Shown here piece after piece: positions 38,889 through 49,019 of a stretch of 61,674 nucleotides of DNA. The notes below the pieces were generated by a model. The model was not told the origin of the DNA and searched no databases. It saw only the letters and a program-made list of their open reading frames with translations. Numbering within the stretch: the stretch's first letter is position 1; every line of letters begins with the position of its first letter. A program made the translations under genes and the position numbers. This DNA is from Rickettsiales bacterium. GTDB taxonomy: Bacteria > Pseudomonadota > Alphaproteobacteria > Rickettsiales > UBA1997. Location of the stretch: positions 1-61,674 of the forward strand of contig CANEVP010000006.1 of NCBI GenBank assembly GCA_947442475.1, in the 5' to 3' direction.

Positions 38889-40931
38889 TTATAATTTAAT
38901 TTTTAGCCCTGCATAAAATGCCCTTCCATCACCTGGGTAAAAGACATTCCCCGCTCCACTAACAGCAGTGCTGAAAGTGGCGATGTAGTTTTTGTCTAGC
39001 AGGTTGCGACCATCAAGAAAAAAGCTAACATTTTGGCTTAGATTATATCCAGCCGTAAAACCCAATATTGCGTATCCCGGTGATTGCACGGTATTAGAAA
39101 AATCAACTTGCGCACTACTTGCAACTTCAACATTTGGAGCCGCAAACCAAGCAGATTGATCATAACGCAATTCAGAACGTAAGAAATGTCTTGGCTGTCC
39201 GGCGATTATGTTTTTGCCGTATTGACGGTCTTTATCAAAGCGGTAATCGCTCAATGTATAAGCATTGTTAATCTTTAATTTGTCGCTTTTGGCAAAAATA
39301 TTTTCTGCGATTTTCAAATTTAATCCAATTTCAATTCCTTGATGAATTGTATCTTGGGCATTGAAAGTAGCGGCTGGAATCCCCGAGCCCACTGTATATT
39401 GCAGCATTTCATCCCTAATCCAAGAGCGGTAAAGACTTACATCCCAATCAACAATTCCACGATTGCCACGAGTTCCTATTTCCGCAGTCCAAGCTTTTTG
39501 CATATCAAGAGGAGTAAAGCCAACCGTGCCGCTTTGGGTTAGTTCTGAAAAAGTTGGTGGCTCGTGGCTTTTGCTAACATTGGCAAAAAATTGCATATCT
39601 TTAGCGGCTTCATAAAGCATGCCGATTTTTGGATTAAAAGAGCGGTAAATTTTTTCATCACTTTCCTTCAGGGTCAAATAATTGTCTTCTTCGCGCTTAG
39701 ACCAACTTAATTGCGCTCCCGTAACCAAAGATAATTTTTGCGTCAGGAAAAAATGATTCTCTCCATAAATAGTAGCGTTCTTAGAGCTTTGATCAGAGTT
39801 AGAGGTTAGTGCACCTTTTGTGCCTCTAATATTTTGAAAAACTCGTGCGTCAGTTTTTCCAAAATGTGTTCTTACCCCAAGCAAAAATGTGTTGCGATGA
39901 TTAGCTAAATTATATTCTCCCGATCTTTGCGTAAATATTCCGTAATCAACGGTTTTTTGATCAATGAAAATCGATATAGGATGTGATAAATCTTTAACAT
40001 TAAGAAATGCACCAACATCCATTTTATCGCCATCATCCAAGACAAAACTGGTTTTATTGGAAACTCGAACTGAGCGCATATCACGCTTTTGATCTCTCGA
40101 AATCGCCGTCGCGTCTGCCATTTTAGGATTGTTGAGCGCGTTAGATCTGCTCAGGCTTCCCGGCAATTCTTGGTCAATGGAATTTGCGCTTAAATAAAAA
40201 CGTGTTTCAGCGGCCTCACCGATTTTTTTACCAAAATTACCATTAAGTTTTAGATTTTCCTGCGCGCTATGATCGCGATAACCATTGCTGCTTGTGCCAG
40301 TTAAGCTGATAAACATATCAGAATCACCAAAATCACGGCCTGATTGAACATTGAAACGTTTAGTTCCAAAAGAGCCAACTTCTAAACGAATTTGATCTCC
40401 AGGATTACTTTTCCCGGTTTTGCTAACCATATTCACTGCGCCGCCCAAAGTTGAGCCACCGAATTTTAAGGCGTTTGAACCTTTAAAAACTTCAAGACGT
40501 TGAAATGCCAAAGTATCAGCCTCCTGAAAATCCGCTGATCCGTCAGCAAGATTAAAAGGCGCGCCATCTTGCAACAATTCTAAACCGCGCATGTGAAAAC
40601 CGCGCGAAAGTCCTGAACCCCGAACTGAAATCCGCACTTCTTCGCCAAAACGTTTTTGAGTGTAAACGCCAGGAACATAAGCCAGAGTGTCTTGAAGATT
40701 TAGGCTATATTTATTTTCAAATGCTTTTGATTCAACAATAGCTACGCCACCCGGAGTTTGATTAATTTCTTCTCTGGCTTGTGAATTATTAGGAGCTGTT
40801 AAAGAGCTTTCCGCATTTGCTATTACGTTAATCGTAGGAAGTTGCGCCAAAGATTTTTTATTTTCTAAATCAGCTGAAAAGCCAAGAGATGGAATTGCGC
40901 AAAGCGTTAAAACTAAAATTGATTGCTTCAT
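38889..40931 (-). CDS. TonB-dependent outer-membrane receptor
   Basis: Signal peptide, PTINVIA TonB-box-like, plug (YVPGVY, SVRGSG, RLEVFKG, GGAVN), barrel end NLLDKNY..PGDGRAFYAGL. Confidence 0.93.
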   Translation of the reverse strand: MKQSILVLTLCAIPSLGFSADLENKKSLAQLPTINVIANAESSLTAPNNSQAREEINQTPGGVAIVESKAFENKYSLNLQDTLAYVPGVYTQKRFGEEVRISVRGSGLSRGFHMRGLELLQDGAPFNLADGSADFQEADTLAFQRLEVFKGSNALKFGGSTLGGAVNMVSKTGKSNPGDQIRLEVGSFGTKRFNVQSGRDFGDSDMFISLTGTSSNGYRDHSAQENLKLNGNFGKKIGEAAETRFYLSANSIDQELPGSLSRSNALNNPKMADATAISRDQKRDMRSVRVSNKTSFVLDDGDKMDVGAFLNVKDLSHPISIFIDQKTVDYGIFTQRSGEYNLANHRNTFLLGVRTHFGKTDARVFQNIRGTKGALTSNSDQSSKNATIYGENHFFLTQKLSLVTGAQLSWSKREEDNYLTLKESDEKIYRSFNPKIGMLYEAAKDMQFFANVSKSHEPPTFSELTQSGTVGFTPLDMQKAWTAEIGTRGNRGIVDWDVSLYRSWIRDEMLQYTVGSGIPAATFNAQDTIHQGIEIGLNLKIAENIFAKSDKLKINNAYTLSDYRFDKDRQYGKNIIAGQPRHFLRSELRYDQSAWFAAPNVEVASSAQVDFSNTVQSPGYAILGFTAGYNLSQNVSFFLDGRNLLDKNYIATFSTAVSGAGNVFYPGDGRAFYAGLKIKL

Positions 40932-41012
40932 GATTTAATTCAAAATTGTTGGAATAAATTTTGAATTTTTTTACTTCTTTCTCTGAGACAATAGCAAATC
41001 AAATTGCCTAAG

Positions 41013-41028
41013 TGAGACAATTTGTCCA
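41013..41028. promoter_or_regulatory. Candidate RegA/PrrA-type operator in the divergent promoter
   Basis: tgagacaatttgtcca (GACA-N3-TGTC dyad); tgagacaat half-site repeated at 40984. Confidence 0.35.
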
Positions 41029-41065
41029 AGGCGCTTTTACGATTTATTCTTTTATTATCAGATAA

Positions 41066-42313
41066 ATGAAAGACACGATTTCCCAAAACACTAACCGAAA
41101 AAATCTTCTACAGCTGCTTTGCCTGCGCTTAATTGCGATATTTGGTCAGGTGGCAACCATTCTGTTCGCCCATTATTTTCTGCATATTGAGATACCTTTA
41201 GCTGCGATGTTTTTGGTGCTGTTGTTTTTGGTAATTGTTAATTGCGCCAGTTTTTACCGCTACAAGTCACAAGAAAATATCAGCGACAAAAGTCTATTTA
41301 TTGAGCTTTTATTTGATGTCGCAGCTCTTACTTCTCAGCTTTATTTTAGCGGCGGAATTTCCAATCCATTTATCTCGCTATTTTTGCTGCAAGTAATTAT
41401 CGGCGCGATTTTGCTGCGAAGAATTTATGCTTGGTTGATTGCTGCGATTACAATTTTTTGTTATATCTGGCTTAGCTTCAATTACCTTGAACTTCACGCT
41501 TTTCATCATCACGCAGAAGGAGATTTATTTAATCTGCATTTACACGGAATGCTGATTAGCTATGTTTTTGCTGCGATTTTACTACTGATATTTGTCACCA
41601 AAATCATCAAAAATCTAAGAGAAGGAGATGAAAAAATTAACCTTCTGAAGCGACAATCTCTTGAAAAAGAACAAGTAATTCGCATGGGCTTGCTTGCAAC
41701 CGGCGCCGCTCACGAGCTTGGTACGCCACTTTCAACAATTTCGGTAATTCTTGGTGATTGGAAAGAAATGAATCTAAAAAAAGATTTACTCGAAGATGTT
41801 AAAGTGGTTGAAGTGCAACTTGCCCGCTGCAAAAAAATTCTCTCTGAAATTCTTTCCTCTTCCGGAAAAGTTCGGGCTGAAGAAGCAAGAATAGCGCCAG
41901 TTAAAGAAATTTTTGATAATCTGATAAAAGAATGGAACAGCTCCAGAAAGCCGCAAAATTTGATCTATAATTTTTCTGGAGAAGTTAATAAAAAAATCAT
42001 TCTCGACAATATTTTATCTCAGGCTTTTTTTAATATTTTTGACAATGCTTTGGAAGAGTCGCCAGCCTTTATTTCTATTGGCGTTTTAGTTACAGAAGAC
42101 GAGATATCCTTAAATGTAGAAGATCGAGGAAAAGGCTTTAATAAGGAAATTTTAAAACAAATCGGCAAACCAAACCTGACAACAAAAAATAGTAGCGGCT
42201 TAGGTTTATTTTTAGCGCTAAATTCTCTTGATAGAATAGGTGGAAAACTGGAAATAAAAAATCTGACAGACGGCGCAAAAGTGGTAGTAAAAATTCCTTT
42301 GAAAAACTTATGA
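41066..42313 (+). CDS. RegB/PrrB/ActS-family sensor histidine kinase
   Basis: LRLIAIFGQ, GGISNPF, AAHELGTPLSTI H-box, DNALE, DRGKGF, GLGLFL. Confidence 0.92.
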   Translation: MKDTISQNTNRKNLLQLLCLRLIAIFGQVATILFAHYFLHIEIPLAAMFLVLLFLVIVNCASFYRYKSQENISDKSLFIELLFDVAALTSQLYFSGGISNPFISLFLLQVIIGAILLRRIYAWLIAAITIFCYIWLSFNYLELHAFHHHAEGDLFNLHLHGMLISYVFAAILLLIFVTKIIKNLREGDEKINLLKRQSLEKEQVIRMGLLATGAAHELGTPLSTISVILGDWKEMNLKKDLLEDVKVVEVQLARCKKILSEILSSSGKVRAEEARIAPVKEIFDNLIKEWNSSRKPQNLIYNFSGEVNKKIILDNILSQAFFNIFDNALEESPAFISIGVLVTEDEISLNVEDRGKGFNKEILKQIGKPNLTTKNSSGLGLFLALNSLDRIGGKLEIKNLTDGAKVVVKIPLKNL

Positions 42314-42831
42314 AAGATCACAAAGAGATTTTGATTGTTGAAGATGATGAAGTGCTGGCAAAGAGCTTAGGTAGGTCTTTTGAACGCAGAAACTATGAAG
42401 TAAAAATTGCTATCAATGTTAAAGAAGCTCGGTCAATTCTAAAAAAATTTCATCCACGCTACGCCGTTGTAGACTTGAAAATGCCAGGAGAATCAGGCTT
42501 AGAATTGGTAAAGCATTTACACGAATTTGATCAGGCGATAAAAATTGTCATGCTTACGGGATATGCCAGCATCACCACAACTATTGAGGCGATTAAGTTG
42601 GGCGCCTGTTATTATTTGGCAAAGCCTGCCAATGTTGATGCAATAATTGCGGCTTTTGATGGAATTGCTGGGGAGAAAGTTGGCAAAAAAACTTCAATTA
42701 AAAATATCGAATGGGAGTACATACATCAAACTTTAGTTGATTCTGATTTTAATATTTCAGAAGCGGCCAGAATTCTGGGAATGCATCGCAGAACTCTGGC
42801 GCGAAAGCTAGAGAAGAGGAGGGTGAGTTAG
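42310..42831 (+). CDS. RegA/PrrA/ActR-family response regulator
   Basis: VVDLKM, LTGYASITT, YLAKPA, EWEYI, NISEAARILGMHRRTLARKL. Confidence 0.93.
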   Translation: MKDHKEILIVEDDEVLAKSLGRSFERRNYEVKIAINVKEARSILKKFHPRYAVVDLKMPGESGLELVKHLHEFDQAIKIVMLTGYASITTTIEAIKLGACYYLAKPANVDAIIAAFDGIAGEKVGKKTSIKNIEWEYIHQTLVDSDFNISEAARILGMHRRTLARKLEKRRVS

Positions 42832-43355
42832 GATTGCTGTTCTAAAATTTTTTTCAATTCAGCAAGGCCAGATTCGAAGTTTTTTTCTACCACGCCATGC
42901 ATAAAATGGCAGACGATGTTGAGAGGAAATTTGGCCTTTCCAGTCATGCCCCAAGTGACCTTTGTTTGCTTTTCATCAATCGCTTCGGTGGTAAAATAAG
43001 CAAAATTTGTGACATTCATTGGCTCTTTAAAACGCAACTCAACATCAACTCTTTCGCCCTCAACGATATTAATAATTTCTTGCTCGCCAACGCCAACTTT
43101 TCTATTTCCCGACCAAGATGCGATTGCGCCAACGGCGCTGTCAACGCCTTTAAATTCTTCTTTCATCTCTGGATCCATCTTGGCCCAAGGTTGCCATTTT
43201 TTGCTATTTTTCAGAGATTTTAGGTAAACAAAAACATCAGTTTTTGACTTGTTGATGGTGATTGATTTTTCGATTTTGAAATTTTTGGGAAGTATCGCGG
43301 CAACAATCAAAACTAAGGCTATTAATGAGCCGATGATGATTAGAAATATTTTCAT
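42828..43355 (-). CDS. SRPBCC (polyketide cyclase-like) membrane-anchored protein
   Basis: N-terminal TM helix, IEKSITIN, WQPW..DP, VGVGEQEI, TKVTW, FESGLAELK. Confidence 0.85.
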   Translation of the reverse strand: MKIFLIIIGSLIALVLIVAAILPKNFKIEKSITINKSKTDVFVYLKSLKNSKKWQPWAKMDPEMKEEFKGVDSAVGAIASWSGNRKVGVGEQEIINIVEGERVDVELRFKEPMNVTNFAYFTTEAIDEKQTKVTWGMTGKAKFPLNIVCHFMHGVVEKNFESGLAELKKILEQQS

Positions 43356-43497
43356 GATTTTTTGATTTTATGCGAGATGGACTTAAGGTCGAGCTTGTTA
43401 ATTTTTCTAAAACTAATTTTAAAACAAAATTTGGTTGAAGCTGACAAAAGCTCTCAATATCTTTTGCCTCCCTTTTTTAAAAACGATTTCTCCCCAG

Positions 43498-44925
43498 ATG
43501 ACAACTCAAACTCGCAAAGAACTTTTTAACATCGAAGCAGAGCAGGCGGTACTTGGAACTATTATTTTGAACAACGAATATTTAAATCGTGTTTCAGAAT
43601 TTTTGCGCGAAGAGCATTTCTATGAGCCGGCGCATCGCAATATTTTTTCGCAGATTTTGCACAATGTTGAAAAAGTGCAAATCGTTGCCAACCAAGTTAC
43701 TCTTAAACAATTTTTTGAATCAGATGAAGCCGTAAAAGCAACTGGCGGCGCGCTTTATCTTTCAACGCTTTTGGGTGCGGCTTCTTCAATTATTGATATT
43801 GCAGATTACGGGCGCTTGATTCACGACTTGGCGTTGAAGCGTGAATTATCAATGGTTGGCGAAGATATTGTGAATCGCGTTTTTAAGGCAGAAGAAAAAA
43901 CTTCGGCAAGCGACCAAATCGAACTCGCTGAATCGAGTCTTTTCAAGCTTTCGGAGCATGGCAATGGTCGCAGCGATTTTCGCAGCATTTCGGTTTCGCT
44001 AAAAGAAACGCTAGATAAAACGCTAATTGCCAAACAACGCGGAGCTAATATTAGCGGCGTTTCAAGCGGACTTACCGATTTAGATAAAATTCTCGGCGGC
44101 ATGCAGCAATCCGATTTAATCATTTTGGCTGGTCGTCCTTCAATGGGAAAAACGGCACTGGGCGTAAACATTGCGGTGAATGCCTGCAAATTTATGAACA
44201 AAGATGTCACTGAGCAAAAAGACAAAAAAGCGGTAGGATTTTTCTCGCTGGAAATGTCTTCCGACCAATTGGCAGCAAGAATCTTATCGATGGAAACCAG
44301 TCTCAATGCAGGAAAATTCAGAACCGGACAGTTAAACGATCATGAGTGGGAAGCAGTTGCCATGCGCTCTGCCGAGATTTCTAAAATGCCGCTTTTTATT
44401 GATGATACTCCCGCACTTTCAATTTCAGCAATTCGCACCCGTGCGCGTCGCATGGTTCGTAAGCATAATTTATCACTTTTGATTGTGGATTATTTGCAGC
44501 TAATTCGCGGCGTTTCAGCGCGAGGTCAAGATAATCGCGTGCAGGAAGTTTCTGAAATCACTCAAGGTCTAAAGGCGATTGCCAAAGAATTTAATATTCC
44601 GGTGATGGCTTTGTCGCAATTATCACGTGCGGTTGAGCAGCGTGAGGATAAGCGGCCACAACTTTCAGATTTGCGTGAATCGGGTTCGATTGAGCAAGAT
44701 GCTGACGTGGTGGCTTTCGTTTATCGCGACAGTTACTACCACGAAAGAAAAAAGCCGCCAGAAACCGATCCGAAATTTGGTGAGTGGAATCAGAAGATGA
44801 ATGAATTGCGTCATTTGGCAGAAGTTATCATCGCCAAACAGCGTAATGGCCCAGTTGGCAGCGTGAAATTATTTTTTGACGGCGAGTTTACGCGCTTTGG
44901 AAATCTTGATGTTTACCATCACTAA
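43498..44925 (+). CDS. dnaB: Replicative DNA helicase
   Basis: EAEQAVLG, AGRPSMGKT, FSLEMS, IVDYLQL, SDLRESGSIEQDAD, KQRNGP. ATG43498 preferred. Confidence 0.97.
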   Translation: MTTQTRKELFNIEAEQAVLGTIILNNEYLNRVSEFLREEHFYEPAHRNIFSQILHNVEKVQIVANQVTLKQFFESDEAVKATGGALYLSTLLGAASSIIDIADYGRLIHDLALKRELSMVGEDIVNRVFKAEEKTSASDQIELAESSLFKLSEHGNGRSDFRSISVSLKETLDKTLIAKQRGANISGVSSGLTDLDKILGGMQQSDLIILAGRPSMGKTALGVNIAVNACKFMNKDVTEQKDKKAVGFFSLEMSSDQLAARILSMETSLNAGKFRTGQLNDHEWEAVAMRSAEISKMPLFIDDTPALSISAIRTRARRMVRKHNLSLLIVDYLQLIRGVSARGQDNRVQEVSEITQGLKAIAKEFNIPVMALSQLSRAVEQREDKRPQLSDLRESGSIEQDADVVAFVYRDSYYHERKKPPETDPKFGEWNQKMNELRHLAEVIIAKQRNGPVGSVKLFFDGEFTRFGNLDVYHH

Positions 44926-44927
44926 AA

Positions 44928-45983
44928 ATGAAAATTCTCGGAATCGAAACCTCTTGCGATGAAACAGCTGTCGCGATTATTGACGAGCAAAAAAACATTC
45001 TCGCTCACGTTTTAAACTCACAAATTGAGCTGCATAAAAAATTTGGTGGAGTAGTGCCAGAACTTGCGGCGCGTGGTCACGTTGAAGTTTTAGATGATTT
45101 AATTTTGCAGGCTTTGTCTGACGCTAATTTAAAGCTTGAAGATATTGATGGCTTTGCTGCAACTTCGGGACCGGGTCTAATTGGTGGCGTTATTGTTGGC
45201 ATGATGGCGGCAAAAACTTTAGCTTCGGTTTTTCAAAAACCTTTTATTGCGGTAAATCACCTTGAGGCGCATGCTTTAACGGCGCGACTTACTTCCGATT
45301 TAGAATTTCCTTATTTGCTTTTGTTAATTTCTGGTGGCCATTGCCAAATTTTGCTGGCGCGTGGAATTGGCGATTACGAAAAGATTGGCGAGACTATTGA
45401 TGACGCTTTGGGCGAGGCTTTTGATAAGGTAGCGCAAATGTTGGGGCTTCATTATCCCGGAGGTCCAGCAGTTGAAAAAATGGCTAAAAGCGGCGATGAA
45501 AATCGTTTTAAATTTTCACGTCCTTTGATTGATGGGTTTTTGAAGAAAGAGCATCTTTGCAATTTCTCATTTTCAGGACTTAAAACCGCAGTGCGTCGCG
45601 AAATTGAAAAATTAATTAACGAAGATTTTTCACATCTGACTTCACCCCAAAAAATTCTTGAACAAGATAAAGCAGATATTTGCGCTTCATTTCAGCGCGT
45701 AGTTTGCGAGATTATCGTTAATAGATTAGAGAATGTTGATCTTAGAGAAAGACCGGTAAAAAAATTGGTAATTGCTGGAGGAGTTGCGGCTAATCGCTGT
45801 ATTTTTTCAGCACTACAAAACTGGTCCAAGAAACATGATTTAGAAGTTGTAGCGCCTCCAATTGCACTTTGCACAGATAATGCTGCGATGGTTGCATGGG
45901 CTGGGTTAGAAAAGCTTAAGCTCGGGATGAAAGATGATCTAAATTTTAAGCCCCGCGCCAGATGGGAAATGGGTGTTCTTTAA
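44928..45983 (+). CDS. tsaD: tRNA N6-adenosine threonylcarbamoyltransferase
   Basis: GIETSCDET, GGVVPELA, VNHLEAH, DDALGEAFDK, FSFSGLKT, CTDNAAM. Confidence 0.97.
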   Translation: MKILGIETSCDETAVAIIDEQKNILAHVLNSQIELHKKFGGVVPELAARGHVEVLDDLILQALSDANLKLEDIDGFAATSGPGLIGGVIVGMMAAKTLASVFQKPFIAVNHLEAHALTARLTSDLEFPYLLLLISGGHCQILLARGIGDYEKIGETIDDALGEAFDKVAQMLGLHYPGGPAVEKMAKSGDENRFKFSRPLIDGFLKKEHLCNFSFSGLKTAVRREIEKLINEDFSHLTSPQKILEQDKADICASFQRVVCEIIVNRLENVDLRERPVKKLVIAGGVAANRCIFSALQNWSKKHDLEVVAPPIALCTDNAAMVAWAGLEKLKLGMKDDLNFKPRARWEMGVL

Positions 45984-46042
45984 TTTTTGCACAGCGTCAT
46001 TTTGTGAAGGAAGCGAGAGATCACAATTTTCCTTTAGATATA

Positions 46043-46080
46043 AAAAACCGGATTGCTGCTTTTGCAGCAATCCGGTTTTT
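46043..46080. terminator. Bidirectional intrinsic terminator between convergent tsaD and pilin genes
   Basis: aaaaaccggattgctgc-tttt-gcagcaatccggttttt. Confidence 0.85.
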
Positions 46081-46101
46081 AAAAGAATATTTAGTTAAGA
46101 A

Positions 46102-46968
46102 CTAGCTAACTTTAATGCCGTATTTTTTACCTAAGTAAGCTTCGATAGCTTTGCGATCGTCGTCTCTTAAAGCGCTGTCGAAGATAACGATTTCAGAGAT
46201 GTATCCCAAGAAGGCGCCAGCTGTTGTAGCATCTTTTGATCCGATATACATTCCAGTTGTTGCAGTAGCAACTGTAGCAGTAGGTTCTGTTAAAGCATCA
46301 GCTGCACCGTTTGTGAAAAGTTTGATGTTGGTTCCATCAAAAGTTCCAGAAGAAATTGTTGCGTTAGTTGAATATAGAGTGGTTGCAGCAACGTGGTTAG
46401 TTGTACCAGTTTGAACGTTTCTAACAGATGAACCGTTATTTACAAATCCCCAGCCGTTAGTAGTCGCACTTCCATTATAAAACACAGCGCGAGCTGCGTT
46501 GGCATCTTCTTTATAAACTGCGAAGAAAGTGAATCCCGCACTAACAATTGGACTAGCAACTGCAGAAGCCCTGGTAGTAGAAAGAGTCATACCAGTAGTG
46601 TTAGTAGCAAAGTATAGAGCAGGAAGTCCGCCGATTGGAGAAGAAGCTTTGTAAGTTACAAGTCCTGCGGTATTGGTTCTAGCGAAAAGTTTTGAAGTGC
46701 TTTGAGAGTTAATGTCATTCCAAACTGTAACTGCAATGCCATCTGAGGATTCAGATGATGCGAAACTAGCGTCAGATGAAGTTTCTAACCATAACATCAA
46801 ACCTTTATTAGAGCTTATAGGAGAGCTTTGAGTTAAGGTTTGGGCGGTAGAGATTTTTGAAGATGAAATAAGTCTGCTAGATTGCGTGATGCCGGCAACT
46901 AGGATACCTATAATAAGTACCACTATCGAAATTTCGATTAGCGAAAAGGCGCTCTTTTTGTTTCTCAT
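46102..46968 (-). CDS. Type IV pilin-like protein with LamG/ConA-like jellyroll domain
   Basis: Class III signal KKSA|FSLIEISIVVLIIGILVAG; LWLE, WNDIN, GYISEIVIFDSAL, IEAYLGKKYGI. Confidence 0.85.
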   Translation of the reverse strand: MRNKKSAFSLIEISIVVLIIGILVAGITQSSRLISSSKISTAQTLTQSSPISSNKGLMLWLETSSDASFASSESSDGIAVTVWNDINSQSTSKLFARTNTAGLVTYKASSPIGGLPALYFATNTTGMTLSTTRASAVASPIVSAGFTFFAVYKEDANAARAVFYNGSATTNGWGFVNNGSSVRNVQTGTTNHVAATTLYSTNATISSGTFDGTNIKLFTNGAADALTEPTATVATATTGMYIGSKDATTAGAFLGYISEIVIFDSALRDDDRKAIEAYLGKKYGIKVS

Positions 46969-47081
46969 ATTTTTGTGATTTGTGTTTTAGAAATTAGTTA
47001 AGTGGAAGATCTTTTTGTTGAGGTTTGCACGAATTAGAGTGCGTAATTTTTTCAGTCAAGGCTCTGTTTAAATAAATTTCT

Positions 47082-48917
47082 TTATGAGACAGATGATGCT
47101 TCTTCAAGCTCCAACCATCTTTCTTCAGACTCATCTAATTCCTTCTGAAATTTAGCAATTTCCATTGCGATGTGCGCCAGATTTGCCGGGTTGCGATCCT
47201 CTGTCTCGCTAAGCTCTTCGCTTAATTCGCGAATTTTATTTTCGAGTTTTTCGATTTTTTGCGGAAGTTTTTCGAGCTCATGTTTGTATTTGTAGGAAAG
47301 TTTTTTTGACGAGTTTTGTTTTTCTGTCGTAAAATTTGATTCATTTTCAACGCGCTTAAAAACAGGCGCTTCAGCGCTTTTTAAATTACGATTTTTATAT
47401 TCGAGATAGTCGGAATATCCGCCAACGTGAGTGGTAATTTCGCCATTTTCTTCAAAGGCCAAAATGCTAGTTGCAACATTATCCAAAAAATCACGATCGT
47501 GCGAAACCACGATTAGCGTGCCTTGATACTTCATCAGATAATCTTGCAGCATGTCCAAACTATCCATATCAAGATCATTTGTTGGCTCGTCAAGAATCAT
47601 AAAATTGCCGGGATTGGCTAAAGTTTTCGCTAAGAGTAATCGGTTTTGTTGCCCGCCAGATAAGGTTCCAGCAAGAGTTTGCACATCTTTTGGATCAAAC
47701 AAAAAATCTTTTAAATAGCCGCAAATGTGACTAGTTTTGCCATTAGCAAGCTGCACATAATCTGAGCCGCTATCGCATAAAATTTCCTGCATTGTTGAGT
47801 CGGGCTGAATTTTACTGCGTGATTGATCGAAGTACGAAAAATTTAGGTCGCGGGCAGGTTTTACTGTGCCAGAATCTGGCTTTAATTCACCAATCATCAT
47901 CTTTAAAAGTGTCGATTTTCCTGAGCCGTTTTTGCCGATAATTCCGATTTTTTCGCCGCGTAAAATTTTCAAAGAAAATTTATTAATTAGCGGTTTTATT
48001 TCTGAGGTTTTCGAATCAAGAAATCCTTTACTGACGTTATTAAAACTAATGATTACTTGCGGCGCATCTTCTTCGATTTTTTGCGATTCAATCTTGATGT
48101 AACTCTGGTTTGCTTTCACCAATCTTTTCTGCGCTTCTAGCTTGGTTCTAAGCTCCATCAAATAATGCAGGCGGCCAATATTTCTCTTTCTTCTTCCTGT
48201 CACCCCAGTCTGTAACCAGCCGCTTTCCAAGCCCACTTTTTTTTGCAAATTAATTAATTCGCGCTGCTCGTGATCGATAATTTGTTGCGACCATTCGTCA
48301 AAATCTTTGTAGCCTTGTTGGTTAACTTTTAACTTATTGGCACGCAGCCAAAAAACTTTATTAGAAACTTTTTCTAAAAATTTGCGATCGTGCGAAATCA
48401 CCAATAGCGATCCTTGGTAGTTTTGCAGATAATTTTCTAGCCACTGAATAATGTGTAAATCGAGGTGATTTGTTGGCTCGTCAAGCAGCAAAATATCTGG
48501 CTCTAAAACCAAAGCTCGCGCTAAATTTACGCGACGCTTTTGGCCACCCGAAAGATTGTGAGTAAGCGCTGCTTTATCGATTTGTAAATGATCGCAAACG
48601 ATGTCTACAACGTAAGATTTATGCTCATCAATTTTTAAGCCTTCCAAAATAAACTCAGCAACCGTGCGGTTTGGAGGCAGTTTTTCACTTTGCGAAAGAT
48701 AGCCAATAACACAGTGCGGCGATATCCAGCGCTCGCCACAATCAAGATCGAATTGCCCAACAATAGCATTCATCAAACTGGTTTTTCCCACGCCATTTTT
48801 GCCAATCAAACAAATGCGATCACGCGAAAAAAGATTGAGATGTAAATTTTCAAAAAGCGTTTTTTTAGCGAAAGAAATTGTCGCGTCGCGAATCGAGAGA
48901 ATAGGGTGGTTGCGCAT
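47082..48917 (-). CDS. ABC-F family ATPase (Uup-like)
   Basis: Two ABC cassettes (GKNGVGKT/LSGGQ/LDEPTNHLD; GKNGSGKST/LSGGQ/LDEPTNDLD) and C-terminal coiled coil. ATG48917 preferred. Confidence 0.93.
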   Translation of the reverse strand: MRNHPILSIRDATISFAKKTLFENLHLNLFSRDRICLIGKNGVGKTSLMNAIVGQFDLDCGERWISPHCVIGYLSQSEKLPPNRTVAEFILEGLKIDEHKSYVVDIVCDHLQIDKAALTHNLSGGQKRRVNLARALVLEPDILLLDEPTNHLDLHIIQWLENYLQNYQGSLLVISHDRKFLEKVSNKVFWLRANKLKVNQQGYKDFDEWSQQIIDHEQRELINLQKKVGLESGWLQTGVTGRRKRNIGRLHYLMELRTKLEAQKRLVKANQSYIKIESQKIEEDAPQVIISFNNVSKGFLDSKTSEIKPLINKFSLKILRGEKIGIIGKNGSGKSTLLKMMIGELKPDSGTVKPARDLNFSYFDQSRSKIQPDSTMQEILCDSGSDYVQLANGKTSHICGYLKDFLFDPKDVQTLAGTLSGGQQNRLLLAKTLANPGNFMILDEPTNDLDMDSLDMLQDYLMKYQGTLIVVSHDRDFLDNVATSILAFEENGEITTHVGGYSDYLEYKNRNLKSAEAPVFKRVENESNFTTEKQNSSKKLSYKYKHELEKLPQKIEKLENKIRELSEELSETEDRNPANLAHIAMEIAKFQKELDESEERWLELEEASSVS

Positions 48918-49019
48918 GAATATTAGTACTTGTGAAAAAAGTGAGTTTACGAATTTTCTTTTTAGATAAGCCAATTAAAACTTCGCATCTCTTCTGCTTC
49001 AATTTTAAATTTTTTGTAA

